A stretch of 64,000 nt of DNA from Vulcanimicrobiota bacterium (GCA_963733295.1 CAVTCS010000003.1:992001-1056000), one strand, 5' to 3'. Positions 31,407 through 41,033 are shown, counted from the first letter of the stretch. Program-made: numbers and translations. Notes: generated by a model not told the origin, from the letters alone.

Positions 31407-31506
31407 GCGGCCGATTATCGAGAAGGAATGTGACCCGAAAAATTCCGAGAGATTTCCGTTCGTTCGGGCCGTCCGGACAGCTTCGCGCAGGGTACTGACG
31501 CAACGC

Positions 31507-32196
31507 ATGAGTGCTAGTCGCGTCCTGCTTGCCGAGGACGATCGCGCGATTCGCGACCTGCTGGTGCATCACTTCGTGCGCGACGGTTTCGTTGCCGTCG
31601 AAGCGTGCGACGGGCCTTCGGCGTTGAGGAGCTTGCGTGACGGCGTCGACATCGTGCTTCTCGACGTCGCGCTGCCCGGCATCGACGGTTTCGACATCTT
31701 GCGGACGCTGCGCCGGGAAGGCCGCCAAACGCCGGTCGTCATGCTGACGGCGCGAGTCGAGGAATTAGACCGGATCGTGGGGTTCGAGCTCGGCGCGGAC
31801 GACTACGTCGTCAAACCGTTTTCAGCGCGGGAGGTCGTAGCGCGGGTGCGGGCAGTCCTGCGACGGAGCGGTCTCAAACACGAGGCCGCGCCGCGTTCTC
31901 TAACGTTCGGACGTCTGGAGGTCCACGAGGGCGCGCGGGAAGCGCGCGTCGACGGCAAGGACGTCGGTCTGAAGCCGCGGGAGTTTGCGCTTTTGCTGGC
32001 GCTCGTTTCGAACGAGGGAATCGCAATGTCTCGCGATACGCTCCTCGAAAGGGTTTGGGGCTTCGACTACGATGGCGACGAACGAACGGTCGACGTGCAC
32101 GTGCGCCGTATCCGCAAGCGTCTCGAGGAAGAGCAAGGTCTCGGGTGCGTTCTGCAAACCGTGCACGGCTTCGGCTACAAGTTCGCGCCGCGCTGA
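31507..32196 (+). CDS. OmpR/PhoB-family response regulator
   Basis: LLAEDD, LLDVALPGIDG, MLTA, GADDYVVKPF, RTVDVHVRRIR, TVHGFGYK. Confidence 0.92.
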   Translation: MSASRVLLAEDDRAIRDLLVHHFVRDGFVAVEACDGPSALRSLRDGVDIVLLDVALPGIDGFDILRTLRREGRQTPVVMLTARVEELDRIVGFELGADDYVVKPFSAREVVARVRAVLRRSGLKHEAAPRSLTFGRLEVHEGAREARVDGKDVGLKPREFALLLALVSNEGIAMSRDTLLERVWGFDYDGDERTVDVHVRRIRKRLEEEQGLGCVLQTVHGFGYKFAPR

Positions 32197-33311
32197 GTTC
32201 GTTCGGGCACCCGGAGGGCGAGCTGGGACGATTCGTCGCTCGGATCGAGAACGGCGGCTCGCCGGTGCCGCTGCTCGTGGTCCGAGTCCGCGAGCTGCAG
32301 CGAGTCGCGTGGCGCGAAGGACGCCCGGCGGCGCGCAAGATCGAGCGACGGTGCTGGCGGAATTTCGTAGCGGGAGCCGGCAAGGTCTTGCGTGCCGGCG
32401 ACGTGCTGGGTCATGCGCCCGACAGCGAAGACTTTCTGGCAGCGCTGCTTTCGGGTGCCCGGAGCGCCGGTGCGCGTGCCAGCTCGGTCGATTGTCGTGC
32501 GGCGCTGCGGCGGCTCGAAGGCGGCCTGGCCCGAGACTGCGGTCCCGGGGTCGAAAGCGGCTGGACGATGCTCGAGGCCGGCGCACGAGACCAGGACCTG
32601 CACGGCGCGATCGAGCGCGCACTCGCAAACGGTGCCCGCGAGCGGGAGCGCTACGCGTTCTTTTCGACGGTGGGCCACGAGTTACGCACCCCGCTGAGTG
32701 CCGTTCGCGGCTATATCGAGACGTTGCTCGACGAGCGACTCGACCCGGCGACCGCGCGGCAGTATCTCGAGACCGCGCGTGCCGAGACGCTGAGGATGAA
32801 CCGCCTGGTCGAACGCATGCTTGACATCTCGCTGCTGGATCTGCGCGACGCGGTCACGGCGGGACGGGCGTTTCTCGGGCCGTCGGTCGAAGCGGCGGCG
32901 GCTGCCGTCGCACCCCTCGCCCTGGCGCGCGGCAGTAAACTTGAGTTCGCACCTTGCGCGGACATCGAAATCGGGCTCTCGGGAGATTCCCTCGTGCAAG
33001 TCTTGGTCAACCTGCTCGAAAACGCCGTCAAACACGGCCGCGCCGGAGGCCGTGTGGAGTTCGCGGCAACCATGCGCGCTTCGCACGTTGAGGTTTGCGT
33101 CGACGACGACGGGCCCGGGATCCCGGCCGCCGAACGCGAGGCGGTCTTCGGGCTCGGCCGGCGCGGGCAGAGCGCCCGAGCGCCCGGCAGCGGACTGGGT
33201 CTCGCCTTCGTGCGACTCATGCTCGAGCGAACCGGCGGCGCGGTTGAAGCCTGTGATTCCCCCCTCGGGGGCGCCCGCTTTCGGCTCTGCCTGCCCTTGC
33301 CGCCCGGCTAG
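32193..33311 (+). CDS. Soluble sensor histidine kinase (HisKA plus HATPase) with a degenerate GGDEF-like N-terminus; start uncertain
   Basis: HELRTPL, NLLENAVKH, DDDGPGIP, GSGLGL; no TM segment; candidate starts are CTG 32193 (CTGA overlap) or a GTG near 32265. Confidence 0.85.
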   Translation: MSSFGHPEGELGRFVARIENGGSPVPLLVVRVRELQRVAWREGRPAARKIERRCWRNFVAGAGKVLRAGDVLGHAPDSEDFLAALLSGARSAGARASSVDCRAALRRLEGGLARDCGPGVESGWTMLEAGARDQDLHGAIERALANGARERERYAFFSTVGHELRTPLSAVRGYIETLLDERLDPATARQYLETARAETLRMNRLVERMLDISLLDLRDAVTAGRAFLGPSVEAAAAAVAPLALARGSKLEFAPCADIEIGLSGDSLVQVLVNLLENAVKHGRAGGRVEFAATMRASHVEVCVDDDGPGIPAAEREAVFGLGRRGQSARAPGSGLGLAFVRLMLERTGGAVEACDSPLGGARFRLCLPLPPG

Positions 33312-33493
33312 TCGAGCGTCGCTTCCGCGATCCGGGCAGCGACGATCTGGGTGGTGAGGACGACGACGTGAACGAGCCGCTTCGCGGATCCGCTGCGCGC
33401 AATCTCCTGCGAGGCCTGCAGCGAACACAAAACGATCGCGCAGAAAATCGCGGTTTCGAGTAAGAGCAGAACTGCGAGCAACCGACGTCTCAT
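33308..33493 (-). CDS. Small hypothetical protein with a hydrophobic N-terminus
   Basis: 61-aa ORF with GGAGG RBS before the ATG. Confidence 0.5.
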   Translation of the reverse strand: MRRRLLAVLLLLETAIFCAIVLCSLQASQEIARSGSAKRLVHVVVLTTQIVAARIAEATLD

Positions 33494-33594
33494 GCTGCCT
33501 CCGGGCGCGTAAGAGGCGAAGCTTCGTCAGTTGCGACGCTGCTCCTGGCGCAGCGGCGGATGAGATTGGGACGTGCTTCCGGAAACAACCGGGG

Positions 33595-34020
33595 ATGCCG
33601 ATCCCGCTCCATGTCGTTCACGAACGTACCTTCTCCGGGACGCGGCGCCGGATCTACCAACTTCTCTCAGAGATGGGTACTTCCGGCGATGCCATCTGGC
33701 CCTTTGCGTCGCAGCCCTTCATGCGCAGCCCAGGTCCGCTCGAACCGGGGAAAGTCGAGGAGTGGCACAGCGGCGTCCACGCGCTGCTCGACGAGGTCGT
33801 GCCCGAAGAACGGATCGTTTGGCGCTTTCAGAACGAGGGGTTCGACGGCACGCACGGATTCTATCTCGAACCCGACGGCAAAAAGACGCGGCTCACGCAC
33901 AAGATCGAGGCAACGCTCTCAGACACCGAGGGCCGTCTGTTTTGGCGCAGGCTCGAAGATACGCACGAGCGGACGATGGACGCGCTGTTCGATAAACTTG
34001 CCCGCGTTCTCAAGCGATAG
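33595..34020 (+). CDS. SRPBCC/START-like protein
   Basis: EVVPEERIVWRF, FYLEPDGKKTRLTH and a C-terminal helix. Confidence 0.65.
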   Translation: MPIPLHVVHERTFSGTRRRIYQLLSEMGTSGDAIWPFASQPFMRSPGPLEPGKVEEWHSGVHALLDEVVPEERIVWRFQNEGFDGTHGFYLEPDGKKTRLTHKIEATLSDTEGRLFWRRLEDTHERTMDALFDKLARVLKR

Positions 34021-34022
34021 GG

Positions 34023-34616
34023 TCATGCTTCCGGCCGGCGCGGCTCGGGTAGTTCGATCGCGTAGATGAAGGAGCGGAAGGCACGGTCCGCGCGATCGCG
34101 GTCACCGGTCGCGAGCGAGTCGAGCAAGAGACCCCGGATGACCGCGACGACGAGCGTTGCCAAACCGGTCGCGCGCTCGCGCGAGAAGCCGTGCGCCTCG
34201 AACGCCCGCGTGAACGGGGCCTTCCAATCGTTCGCGCTGCCGCGTAAGAACGCGGCATAGCGCTTTCGGTCCTGTAACCCGAGTCCGTAAGCTTCGAAGA
34301 AGAGCCGGAACACCTTCTCGTGCCGCGCGGCAGCGAGCCATTGCCATGCGCGCAAGAGCAACGTGCGCGCGTCGTGCTCGGCGCTGCGGCCCTCCCACGC
34401 TTCGAGCAGCGTGCGCTGACGCTTGCGAGCTTCGTCGAGTATCGTCGCGAGGAGCTGTTCCTTCGACTCAAAGTGGTAGAGAAGCGTGCGCGGACTCGTG
34501 CCGATCGCTGCGGCGAGTGGGCGCAGCGAGAGGTCGGCGAGTCCCGCCTCCGAGACGTAGTCGACGACGGCGGCCAGGAGTTCCGTTTTGAGGCGCTCGT
34601 CGGTGCTGCGTCCCAT
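34023..34616 (-). CDS. TetR/AcrR-family regulator
   Basis: HTH LSLRPLAAAIGTSPRTLLYHFESKEQL. Confidence 0.9.
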   Translation of the reverse strand: MGRSTDERLKTELLAAVVDYVSEAGLADLSLRPLAAAIGTSPRTLLYHFESKEQLLATILDEARKRQRTLLEAWEGRSAEHDARTLLLRAWQWLAAARHEKVFRLFFEAYGLGLQDRKRYAAFLRGSANDWKAPFTRAFEAHGFSRERATGLATLVVAVIRGLLLDSLATGDRDRADRAFRSFIYAIELPEPRRPEA

Positions 34617-34635
34617 GTCCGACATTCGTAGCACG

Positions 34636-34653
34636 TTGAAACGATCGTTTCAA
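34636..34653. promoter_or_regulatory. Perfect 18-bp palindrome, probable TetR operator
   Basis: TTGAAACGATCGTTTCAA between the divergent tetR and SDR genes. Confidence 0.7.
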
Positions 34654-34702
34654 GCGGTGCAGTCGGACAGAGGACCCTCCACCCCGCGTCGAAGCGTTCG
34701 GC

Positions 34703-35455
34703 ATGATCGTTTTCGTCACGGGCGCGAGCGCTGGGTTCGGAGCAGCCATCGCGCGGCGTTTCGCAGCGGACGGCGCACGCATCGTCGCGGCGGGACGTCG
34801 CCGGGAGCGTCTGGAGGCCTTGCGCGCAGAGCTCGGCGACACCGTCCTTCCTCTCGCGCTCGACGTGCGCGATCGCGGCGCCGTCGAACGCGCTGTCGCC
34901 GGCCTTCCCTCCGGCTTCGCGGAAGTCGACGTCCTCGTCAACAATGCCGGGCTCGCCCTCGGACTCGGTCCGGCGCAGCAAGCCGACCTCGATGACTGGG
35001 ACCTCATGGTCGATACCAACATCAAGGGCGTCATGTATTGTACGCGCGCGCTCTTACCCGGGATGATCGAACGCGGACGCGGACACGTCATCAACATCGG
35101 CTCGACGGCGGGAGAGTTTCCCTACCCGGGCGGCAACGTGTATGGAGCGACCAAAGCTTTCGTCTATCAATTCTCGCTGAATCTGCGCGCGGATCTCCTT
35201 GGTACGCCCATTCGCGTCACCGACGTCGAGCCGGGACTGAGCGGTGGAACCGAGTTCTCGAAGGTCCGCTTCAAGGGCAACGATGCGAGGGCGAGCTCCG
35301 TTTACGAAGGTACGACACCGCTTACCCCGGATGACATCGCCGACGCCGTTCATTGGGTCGCGACCCGGCCGCTGCGCGTCAACGTAAACTCGTTGCAGTT
35401 GATGCCGGTCGTCCAAGCTTTCGGTCCTTTCGCCGTGCAGCGAGAAAAAGGATAA
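34703..35455 (+). CDS. SDR oxidoreductase, YdfG-like
   Basis: TGASAGFG, NNAGLALG, YPGGNVYGATKAF, GTEFSKVRFKG. Confidence 0.88.
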   Translation: MIVFVTGASAGFGAAIARRFAADGARIVAAGRRRERLEALRAELGDTVLPLALDVRDRGAVERAVAGLPSGFAEVDVLVNNAGLALGLGPAQQADLDDWDLMVDTNIKGVMYCTRALLPGMIERGRGHVINIGSTAGEFPYPGGNVYGATKAFVYQFSLNLRADLLGTPIRVTDVEPGLSGGTEFSKVRFKGNDARASSVYEGTTPLTPDDIADAVHWVATRPLRVNVNSLQLMPVVQAFGPFAVQREKG

Positions 35456-35460
35456 GCAGG

Positions 35461-36666
35461 ATGAAGACGGCGCAGCCGGCGCGGAAGTTTTCCGCGGCCA
35501 ACGATTTCCTCGATCTCGATGCGGAGCTTTCGAGCGACGAACGCCTGGTGCGCGATACCGTGCGCGACTGGGTGCGCGCGCGGGTCTTGCCGCACATCAG
35601 CGACTGGTTCGAGGCCGGGTATTTTCCGCGTGAGCTCGCGCGTGAACTGGGCGAGCTCGGGCTGCTCGGCATGCACCTCGAAGGTTACGGTTGCGCGGGA
35701 GCGAGCGCTGTGGGATACGGGCTGGCCTGTTGCGAGCTCGAAGCGGGCGACACGGGGCTGCGAAGTTTCGTTTCGGTTCAAGGTTCGCTCGCGATGTTCG
35801 CGTTGCACGCATTTGGATCCGAAGAACAAAAGCAAACGTGGCTCCCGCGGATGGCGCGCGGCGAAGCCATCGGTTGCTTCGGACTGACGGAATGGGACTT
35901 CGGGAGCGACCCGGCCGGCATGCGCACGAGCGCGCGCCGCTCCGGCAGCGACTTCGTCCTCAACGGCTCCAAGGCTTGGATTACGAGCGGCGGTCTCGCG
36001 GACGTGGCGATCGTGTGGGCCCGCGTCGACGCCGGCGACGGCGCGGGTGGAACGATTCGCGGTTTCGTCGTCCCGCGCGACGCCAAGGGTTTCCGCACCC
36101 AAAACATCGAGCGGAAGCTTTCTCTGCGAGCGTCGGTCACGTCCGAACTGATCCTCGAAGACTGCCGCCTCCCGGCCGGCGCGATGCTCCCGGAAGCGCA
36201 GGGTCTCGGCGCGCCGCTCGCCTGCCTCAATGAAGCGCGGTACGGGATCGTGTGGGGCGCGATGGGTGCGGCCCGCTCGAGTTTCGAGACCGCGCTCGAG
36301 TATTCGAAGACTCGAATCCAGTTCGGCAAACCGATCGCGAGCTTTCAGATCACCCAAGAAAAACTCGTCGACATGCTCCTCGAACTTCAAAAGGGGATGC
36401 TCGTCGCGCTGCGTTTGGGCAGGCTGAAAGACGCCGGCACGTTGCTCCCGCAGCACGTGAGCTTCGGTAAACTCAACAACGTGCGCGAGGCCCTCGCGAT
36501 CTGCCGCCAAGCGCGCACGATCCTCGGCGCCAGCGGCATCACGCTCGAGTATCCGATCATCCGCCACATGAACAACCTTGAGTCGGTCCTAACCTACGAG
36601 GGCACGAGCGAAGTTCACACGCTCATCTTGGGTCAAGCGCTAACGGGCATCGCGGCCTTCAGCTGA
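35461..36666 (+). CDS. Acyl-CoA dehydrogenase, glutaryl-CoA dehydrogenase-like
   Basis: GCFGLTE..FGSDP, LNGSKAWIT, KLSLRASVT, LNEARYGIVWG, RHMNNLESVLTYEGT. Confidence 0.88.
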   Translation: MKTAQPARKFSAANDFLDLDAELSSDERLVRDTVRDWVRARVLPHISDWFEAGYFPRELARELGELGLLGMHLEGYGCAGASAVGYGLACCELEAGDTGLRSFVSVQGSLAMFALHAFGSEEQKQTWLPRMARGEAIGCFGLTEWDFGSDPAGMRTSARRSGSDFVLNGSKAWITSGGLADVAIVWARVDAGDGAGGTIRGFVVPRDAKGFRTQNIERKLSLRASVTSELILEDCRLPAGAMLPEAQGLGAPLACLNEARYGIVWGAMGAARSSFETALEYSKTRIQFGKPIASFQITQEKLVDMLLELQKGMLVALRLGRLKDAGTLLPQHVSFGKLNNVREALAICRQARTILGASGITLEYPIIRHMNNLESVLTYEGTSEVHTLILGQALTGIAAFS

Positions 36667-36675
36667 CGACGCCGG

Positions 36676-37758
36676 CTAAACCGTAACGGCGACCGGTTTC
36701 GCGCGCGAGTACTGCACGGGCCAGGGTCCCTCGACGCCGAGTTCGACGGCAGCGCGTAGCGGCCAATACGGATCGCGCAGCAGCTCGCGGGCCAACAGCA
36801 CGATATCGGCTTGTCCCGCGCGGATGATGCCGTCGGCCTGCCGCGCTTCGGTGATGAGTCCGACCGCACCCGTAGCGATTCCGGATTCGGCGCGAATGCG
36901 TTCGGCGAAAGGAACCTGGTAGCCGGGTCGAAGCGGGACCTCGGCGCGCGCGACCGTACCTCCCGAGGAGCAGTCGACGAGGTCGACGCCCTCAGCTCGC
37001 AGCAAGCGCGCAAGCGCGACCGACTGATCGATGTCCCAACCGCCTTCGGCCCAATCCGTGGAAGAAATGCGGACGAAGAGCGGGAGATCTTGGGGCCAAA
37101 CTCCGCGTACGGCGCGCGCGACTTCGCATGCGAAGCGCGTCCGATTTTCAAACGAGCCGCCGTATTCGTCGCTACGCTCGTTGCTGAGAGGCGACATGAA
37201 TTCGTGCAACAGGTAACCGTGCGCGGCGTGGATCTCGGCGACGCGAAAGCCGGCTGAGAGCGCGCGGCGCGCGGCCCGCGCGAAAGCTACGACGACCTCG
37301 GCGATCTCGTCCCGGCTCATCGCATGCGGGACCAGGCCGTCCTCGAGAAAAGGCAGAGCGCTTGGAGCGAGGATCGGACGCCAGCCGCCCGCCGCCGGAT
37401 GGAGCGGCCGTCCACCGAGCCAGGGTGGCGCAGTGCTCGCCTTGCGCCCGGCGTGTGCGAGCTGAATGCCGGCGACGGCCCCGCGTTCGTGAATGAAAGC
37501 CGCGATCTCGCGCAGCCTTTCGACGTGCTCGTCCCGGTAGATTCCGAGATCGGCCGGACTGATGCGGCCCCGCGCTTCAACGGCTGTGGCCTCGGTCAGA
37601 ACGAGGCCCGCGCCGCCTACCGCGCGGCTGCCGAGGTGGACGAGGTGCCAGTTGTTGGCGAAACCGTCTTCACTGGAATACTCGCACATCGGAGAAACCG
37701 CGATGCGGTTGCGCAAGGTGACGCCGCGGAACGTTACCGCATCGAAAAGGCCGGACAT
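36676..37758 (-). CDS. NADH:flavin oxidoreductase (YqjM/NamA-type old yellow enzyme)
   Basis: RIAVSPMCEYS, QLAHAGRKAS, EIHAAHGYLLHEF, DEYGGSFENR, RELLRDPYWP. Confidence 0.9.
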   Translation of the reverse strand: MSGLFDAVTFRGVTLRNRIAVSPMCEYSSEDGFANNWHLVHLGSRAVGGAGLVLTEATAVEARGRISPADLGIYRDEHVERLREIAAFIHERGAVAGIQLAHAGRKASTAPPWLGGRPLHPAAGGWRPILAPSALPFLEDGLVPHAMSRDEIAEVVVAFARAARRALSAGFRVAEIHAAHGYLLHEFMSPLSNERSDEYGGSFENRTRFACEVARAVRGVWPQDLPLFVRISSTDWAEGGWDIDQSVALARLLRAEGVDLVDCSSGGTVARAEVPLRPGYQVPFAERIRAESGIATGAVGLITEARQADGIIRAGQADIVLLARELLRDPYWPLRAAVELGVEGPWPVQYSRAKPVAVTV

Positions 37759-37810
37759 ACGCAACCTTTGAAACGAGGAGCCCGGCTTCGGTTGCGCGCA
37801 AGCGACAAAG

Positions 37811-38992
37811 ATGCTGGATTCGATTCCGCGCGAGGCGGTCATCGTCGGCGCGGTGCGTACGCCGGTCGGACGGCGCGGCGGAGCGCTCAAGGATTGGCAC
37901 CCGGTCGACTTGCTGGCGCGTACGCTCGAAGAGCTCATCGCGCGCACCGGCCTCGATCCGCAGCGGGTCGACGACGTCATCGCGGGCTGCGTCACCCAGG
38001 TCGGCGAGCAGAGTTGGAACGTCGCGCGCAACGCTGCCCTCGCGGCAGGTTTTCCCGAAGCGGTACCCGGCACGACGATCGAGCGTCAGTGCGGTTCGTC
38101 GCAACAGGCGGCCCACTTCGCGGCCCAGGGCGTGCTCAGCGGCGCATACGACGTCGCAATCGCGTGCGGCGTTGAATCGATGACGCGCGTTCCGCTCGGG
38201 GCGAACTCAGCGAACGGTCCCGGTCGCCCTTTCGGACCGCTGATGGAGGAGCGCTTCCATCACGCTCTGGTTCCGCAGGGGATCAGCGCGGAGATGATCG
38301 CGGACCGCTGGGAGCTTTCGCGCGAGGCGCTCGACGAGTTCAGTCTCGAAAGCCATAAGCGGGCCGCCCGCGCGCTCGATGCGGGCTGGCTGGATGCGCA
38401 AATCGTACCTATTTCGGTGCGCGGCGCCGACGGAACGACGTCGGCTTTTTCCCGCGACGAAGGCGTGCGGCGCGATACCTCGCTCGAGAAACTCGGCGCG
38501 TTGAAGCCGGCGTTTCGTGAAGACGGCGTGGTCACCGCCGGCAACTCATCGCAGATTAGCGACGGTGCCGCGGCGTTGCTGATCATGGAGCGCCGCTTGG
38601 CGGAAAGCATGGGCCTGCGGCCGCGCGCGCGCTTCGCGGCTTTCGCGCTGGCAGGCGCGGATCCCATATTGATGCTTACCGCGCCGATTCCCGCAACGAA
38701 GAAACTGCTCGAGCGGGCCGGGTTAGCTCTGGACGAAATCGATCTGATCGAGATCAACGAGGCCTTCGCCAGCGTCGTGCTGGCTTGGCGGCGCGAGCTC
38801 GGCGCGGATCTTTCGCGCGTCAACGTAAACGGCGGCGCGATCGCGATCGGTCATCCGCTGGGTGCAAGCGGAGCGCGCATTCTGACCGATCTCGTCAACG
38901 AGCTCGAGCGTCGCCGCGCACGGTTCGGGTTTCAAACGATGTGCGAAGGCGGCGGAATGGCGAACGCGACGCTTATCGAGCGGCTGGATTGA
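37811..38992 (+). CDS. Acetyl-CoA C-acyltransferase (thiolase)
   Basis: RQCGSSQQA, NEAFA, GGAIAIGHPLGASG, CEGGG. Confidence 0.92.
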   Translation: MLDSIPREAVIVGAVRTPVGRRGGALKDWHPVDLLARTLEELIARTGLDPQRVDDVIAGCVTQVGEQSWNVARNAALAAGFPEAVPGTTIERQCGSSQQAAHFAAQGVLSGAYDVAIACGVESMTRVPLGANSANGPGRPFGPLMEERFHHALVPQGISAEMIADRWELSREALDEFSLESHKRAARALDAGWLDAQIVPISVRGADGTTSAFSRDEGVRRDTSLEKLGALKPAFREDGVVTAGNSSQISDGAAALLIMERRLAESMGLRPRARFAAFALAGADPILMLTAPIPATKKLLERAGLALDEIDLIEINEAFASVVLAWRRELGADLSRVNVNGGAIAIGHPLGASGARILTDLVNELERRRARFGFQTMCEGGGMANATLIERLD

Positions 38993-39878
38993 TGCCGCGC
39001 TCGGGGAACGTCAACTCCGCCACGGCCGACTTGTCTAGGTCGCCGAACCCGCGCTCGACCAGCTTCTCGTATTGACGCATCGTCGCTTCGGCGAGAGGCA
39101 GTTCGAGACCGCATTCCTCGGCAAGGGCAAGTGCGATGCCCGTATCCTTCGCGGCGTGCGCGGCCGAGAAGAAGACTTCGTGCATTCTCGCTTGCATGTC
39201 GCCGCCATCCGTCTCGAGCACGCGCGAGTTAGCCCCCGTCTGCGCGAAGACCTCGCGCAGCATCGTCAGGTCGAGTCCGAGCGCATGACCGAGACCAAGA
39301 CCTTCCGCAAGCGCGGCGGTGTTGCTATTCATGACCATGTTCACGAGCGCTTTGACCTTTGCCGCGGTACCGGTCGCGCCGACATAGCGCAGCTCGCTGC
39401 TCAAGCGGCGCAACAACGCGCGCGCGCGCTCGAACGCCTCGGGCTTTCCGGCCACGATGAGGTAGAGCGTACCGGCACGTGCCTGCGTGATCGAACTCGC
39501 CATGCAGGCTTCGATGCTGGCGGCGCCGTGGGCGGCGGCGGCCTGCTCGACCTCGATGTGGACCGCCGGCGTGATCGTGGCGCAGTTCACGAAGAGCTTG
39601 CCGTCGGCGGCGACGAGCAAACTGTCGCCGGAGTCGGCGAAGATGGAGCGCATCGCGGCGTCGTCGCTGACGACGGTAATCACCGTCTCGGAGAGCGCGG
39701 TAACCTCAGCCAGAGTCGCAGGCGCCTTCGATTCGAGTTCGGCGGCCAGAGTCTTGGCCGTAGCGCGATCGCGATCGTAGACGGCCGAAACCGAATAGCC
39801 GACGTCTTGCAGACGGCGTGCGATGTTCGCGCCCATGCGTCCGACTCCGACGACGCCTACGTTACCCAACCCGCTCAC
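38973..39878 (-). CDS. NAD(P)-dependent oxidoreductase, beta-hydroxyacid dehydrogenase family
   Basis: GVVGVGRMG, KALVN, HAAKD; GTG start at 39878. Confidence 0.85.
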   Translation of the reverse strand: MSGLGNVGVVGVGRMGANIARRLQDVGYSVSAVYDRDRATAKTLAAELESKAPATLAEVTALSETVITVVSDDAAMRSIFADSGDSLLVAADGKLFVNCATITPAVHIEVEQAAAAHGAASIEACMASSITQARAGTLYLIVAGKPEAFERARALLRRLSSELRYVGATGTAAKVKALVNMVMNSNTAALAEGLGLGHALGLDLTMLREVFAQTGANSRVLETDGGDMQARMHEVFFSAAHAAKDTGIALALAEECGLELPLAEATMRQYEKLVERGFGDLDKSAVAELTFPERGINPAAR

Positions 39879-39933
39879 AGCACTCGGCCCTCCGCTGAAG
39901 GAGGGTTTTCGCTTGCTGCGGTAGCGCCTGCAA

Positions 39934-41012
39934 ATGACTAGTCGGGTCGAGCGGACGCGGATCGCCGTCCCCGCGTTGCGGAGCTTCGTGGCCCGCGCGA
40001 TAGAGGCCGCCGGGGTCGGACCGGAAGACGCGCTGCTTGTCGCCGACGTCCTTACCGCATCGGACATTCGCGGCATCGAGTCGCACGGCGTTGCACGCCT
40101 GGAATCGTTCTACGTCGACCGCATCCTGGACGGAACCATCGACGCGCGCGCCGTCGCGACCACGATCCGTGAGACGCCGACGCTGCTCGCGGTGGACGCA
40201 CAGAACGGCCTAGGTCACCCCGTCGCGGTCCGTACGATGCGCCGGACGATCGCCAAAGCCGCCGAACACGGTTGCGCGATAGCGACCGTCAGGCGTTCGA
40301 ATCACTTCGGCATTGCAGGCTACTACGCGATGCTCGCGCTCGAGCACGACATGATCGGCATCGCTGCGACCAACTCGGCGGGATTGGCCGCGCCGACGTT
40401 TGGCCGCTCGCTCATGCTCGGCACCAATCCGCTCGCCTTCGCGATTCCCGCCGAAGACGGCGACGCATTCGTGCTGGATATGGCCACGACGACCGTCGCG
40501 CTCGGCAAGCTCGAGATCGCAAAACGTTTGGACAAACCGCTGAAGCCGGGCTGGGCGATCGATGCTGAAGGCAACGAGACGACCGACCCGGTGGCCGGCA
40601 TGGCCGGCGCGCTCTTGCCGCTCGGCGGTTACGGCACCGAAAACGGCGGCCACAAGGGCTACGGGCTCGGGCTGCTCGTCGACATCTTGTGCGGCGTTCT
40701 CGGGGGGGAACGTACGGCCCGGATTTGCGGCGAACCGGCGGGTTGCTTGACCCGGCGATCGTCAGCCACTTCTTTGCTGCGATTCGCATCGATGGATTTC
40801 GCGATCCGGCGCTCTTCAAGGCCGACCTCTCGCGCGAATTGCGCGCCATGCGCGAAAGCTCGCCGCTGATCGGCGTCGAGCGCGTGCTCACGGCGGGCGA
40901 ACCGGAGATGCGCAAAACGCAAGAGGCCTACCGCGAGGGAATTGCTCTGGACCCGGTCGTCGTTGCGAGCTTGGGCCGCGTGGCGGAAAAATTGGAAATA
41001 GCGGGTCCGTAA
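39934..41012 (+). pseudogene. Ldh_2 (malate/L-lactate/sulfolactate dehydrogenase family) oxidoreductase, frameshifted at a G7 run (40702-40708)
   Basis: SHGVARL, SNHFG, GTNPLA, DMATT, HKGYGL in the first frame; C-terminal HFFAAIRIDGF...VLTAGEPE in another frame. Confidence 0.8.
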
Positions 41013-41033
41013 AGGGCTCGATCCGCGTCGTCG

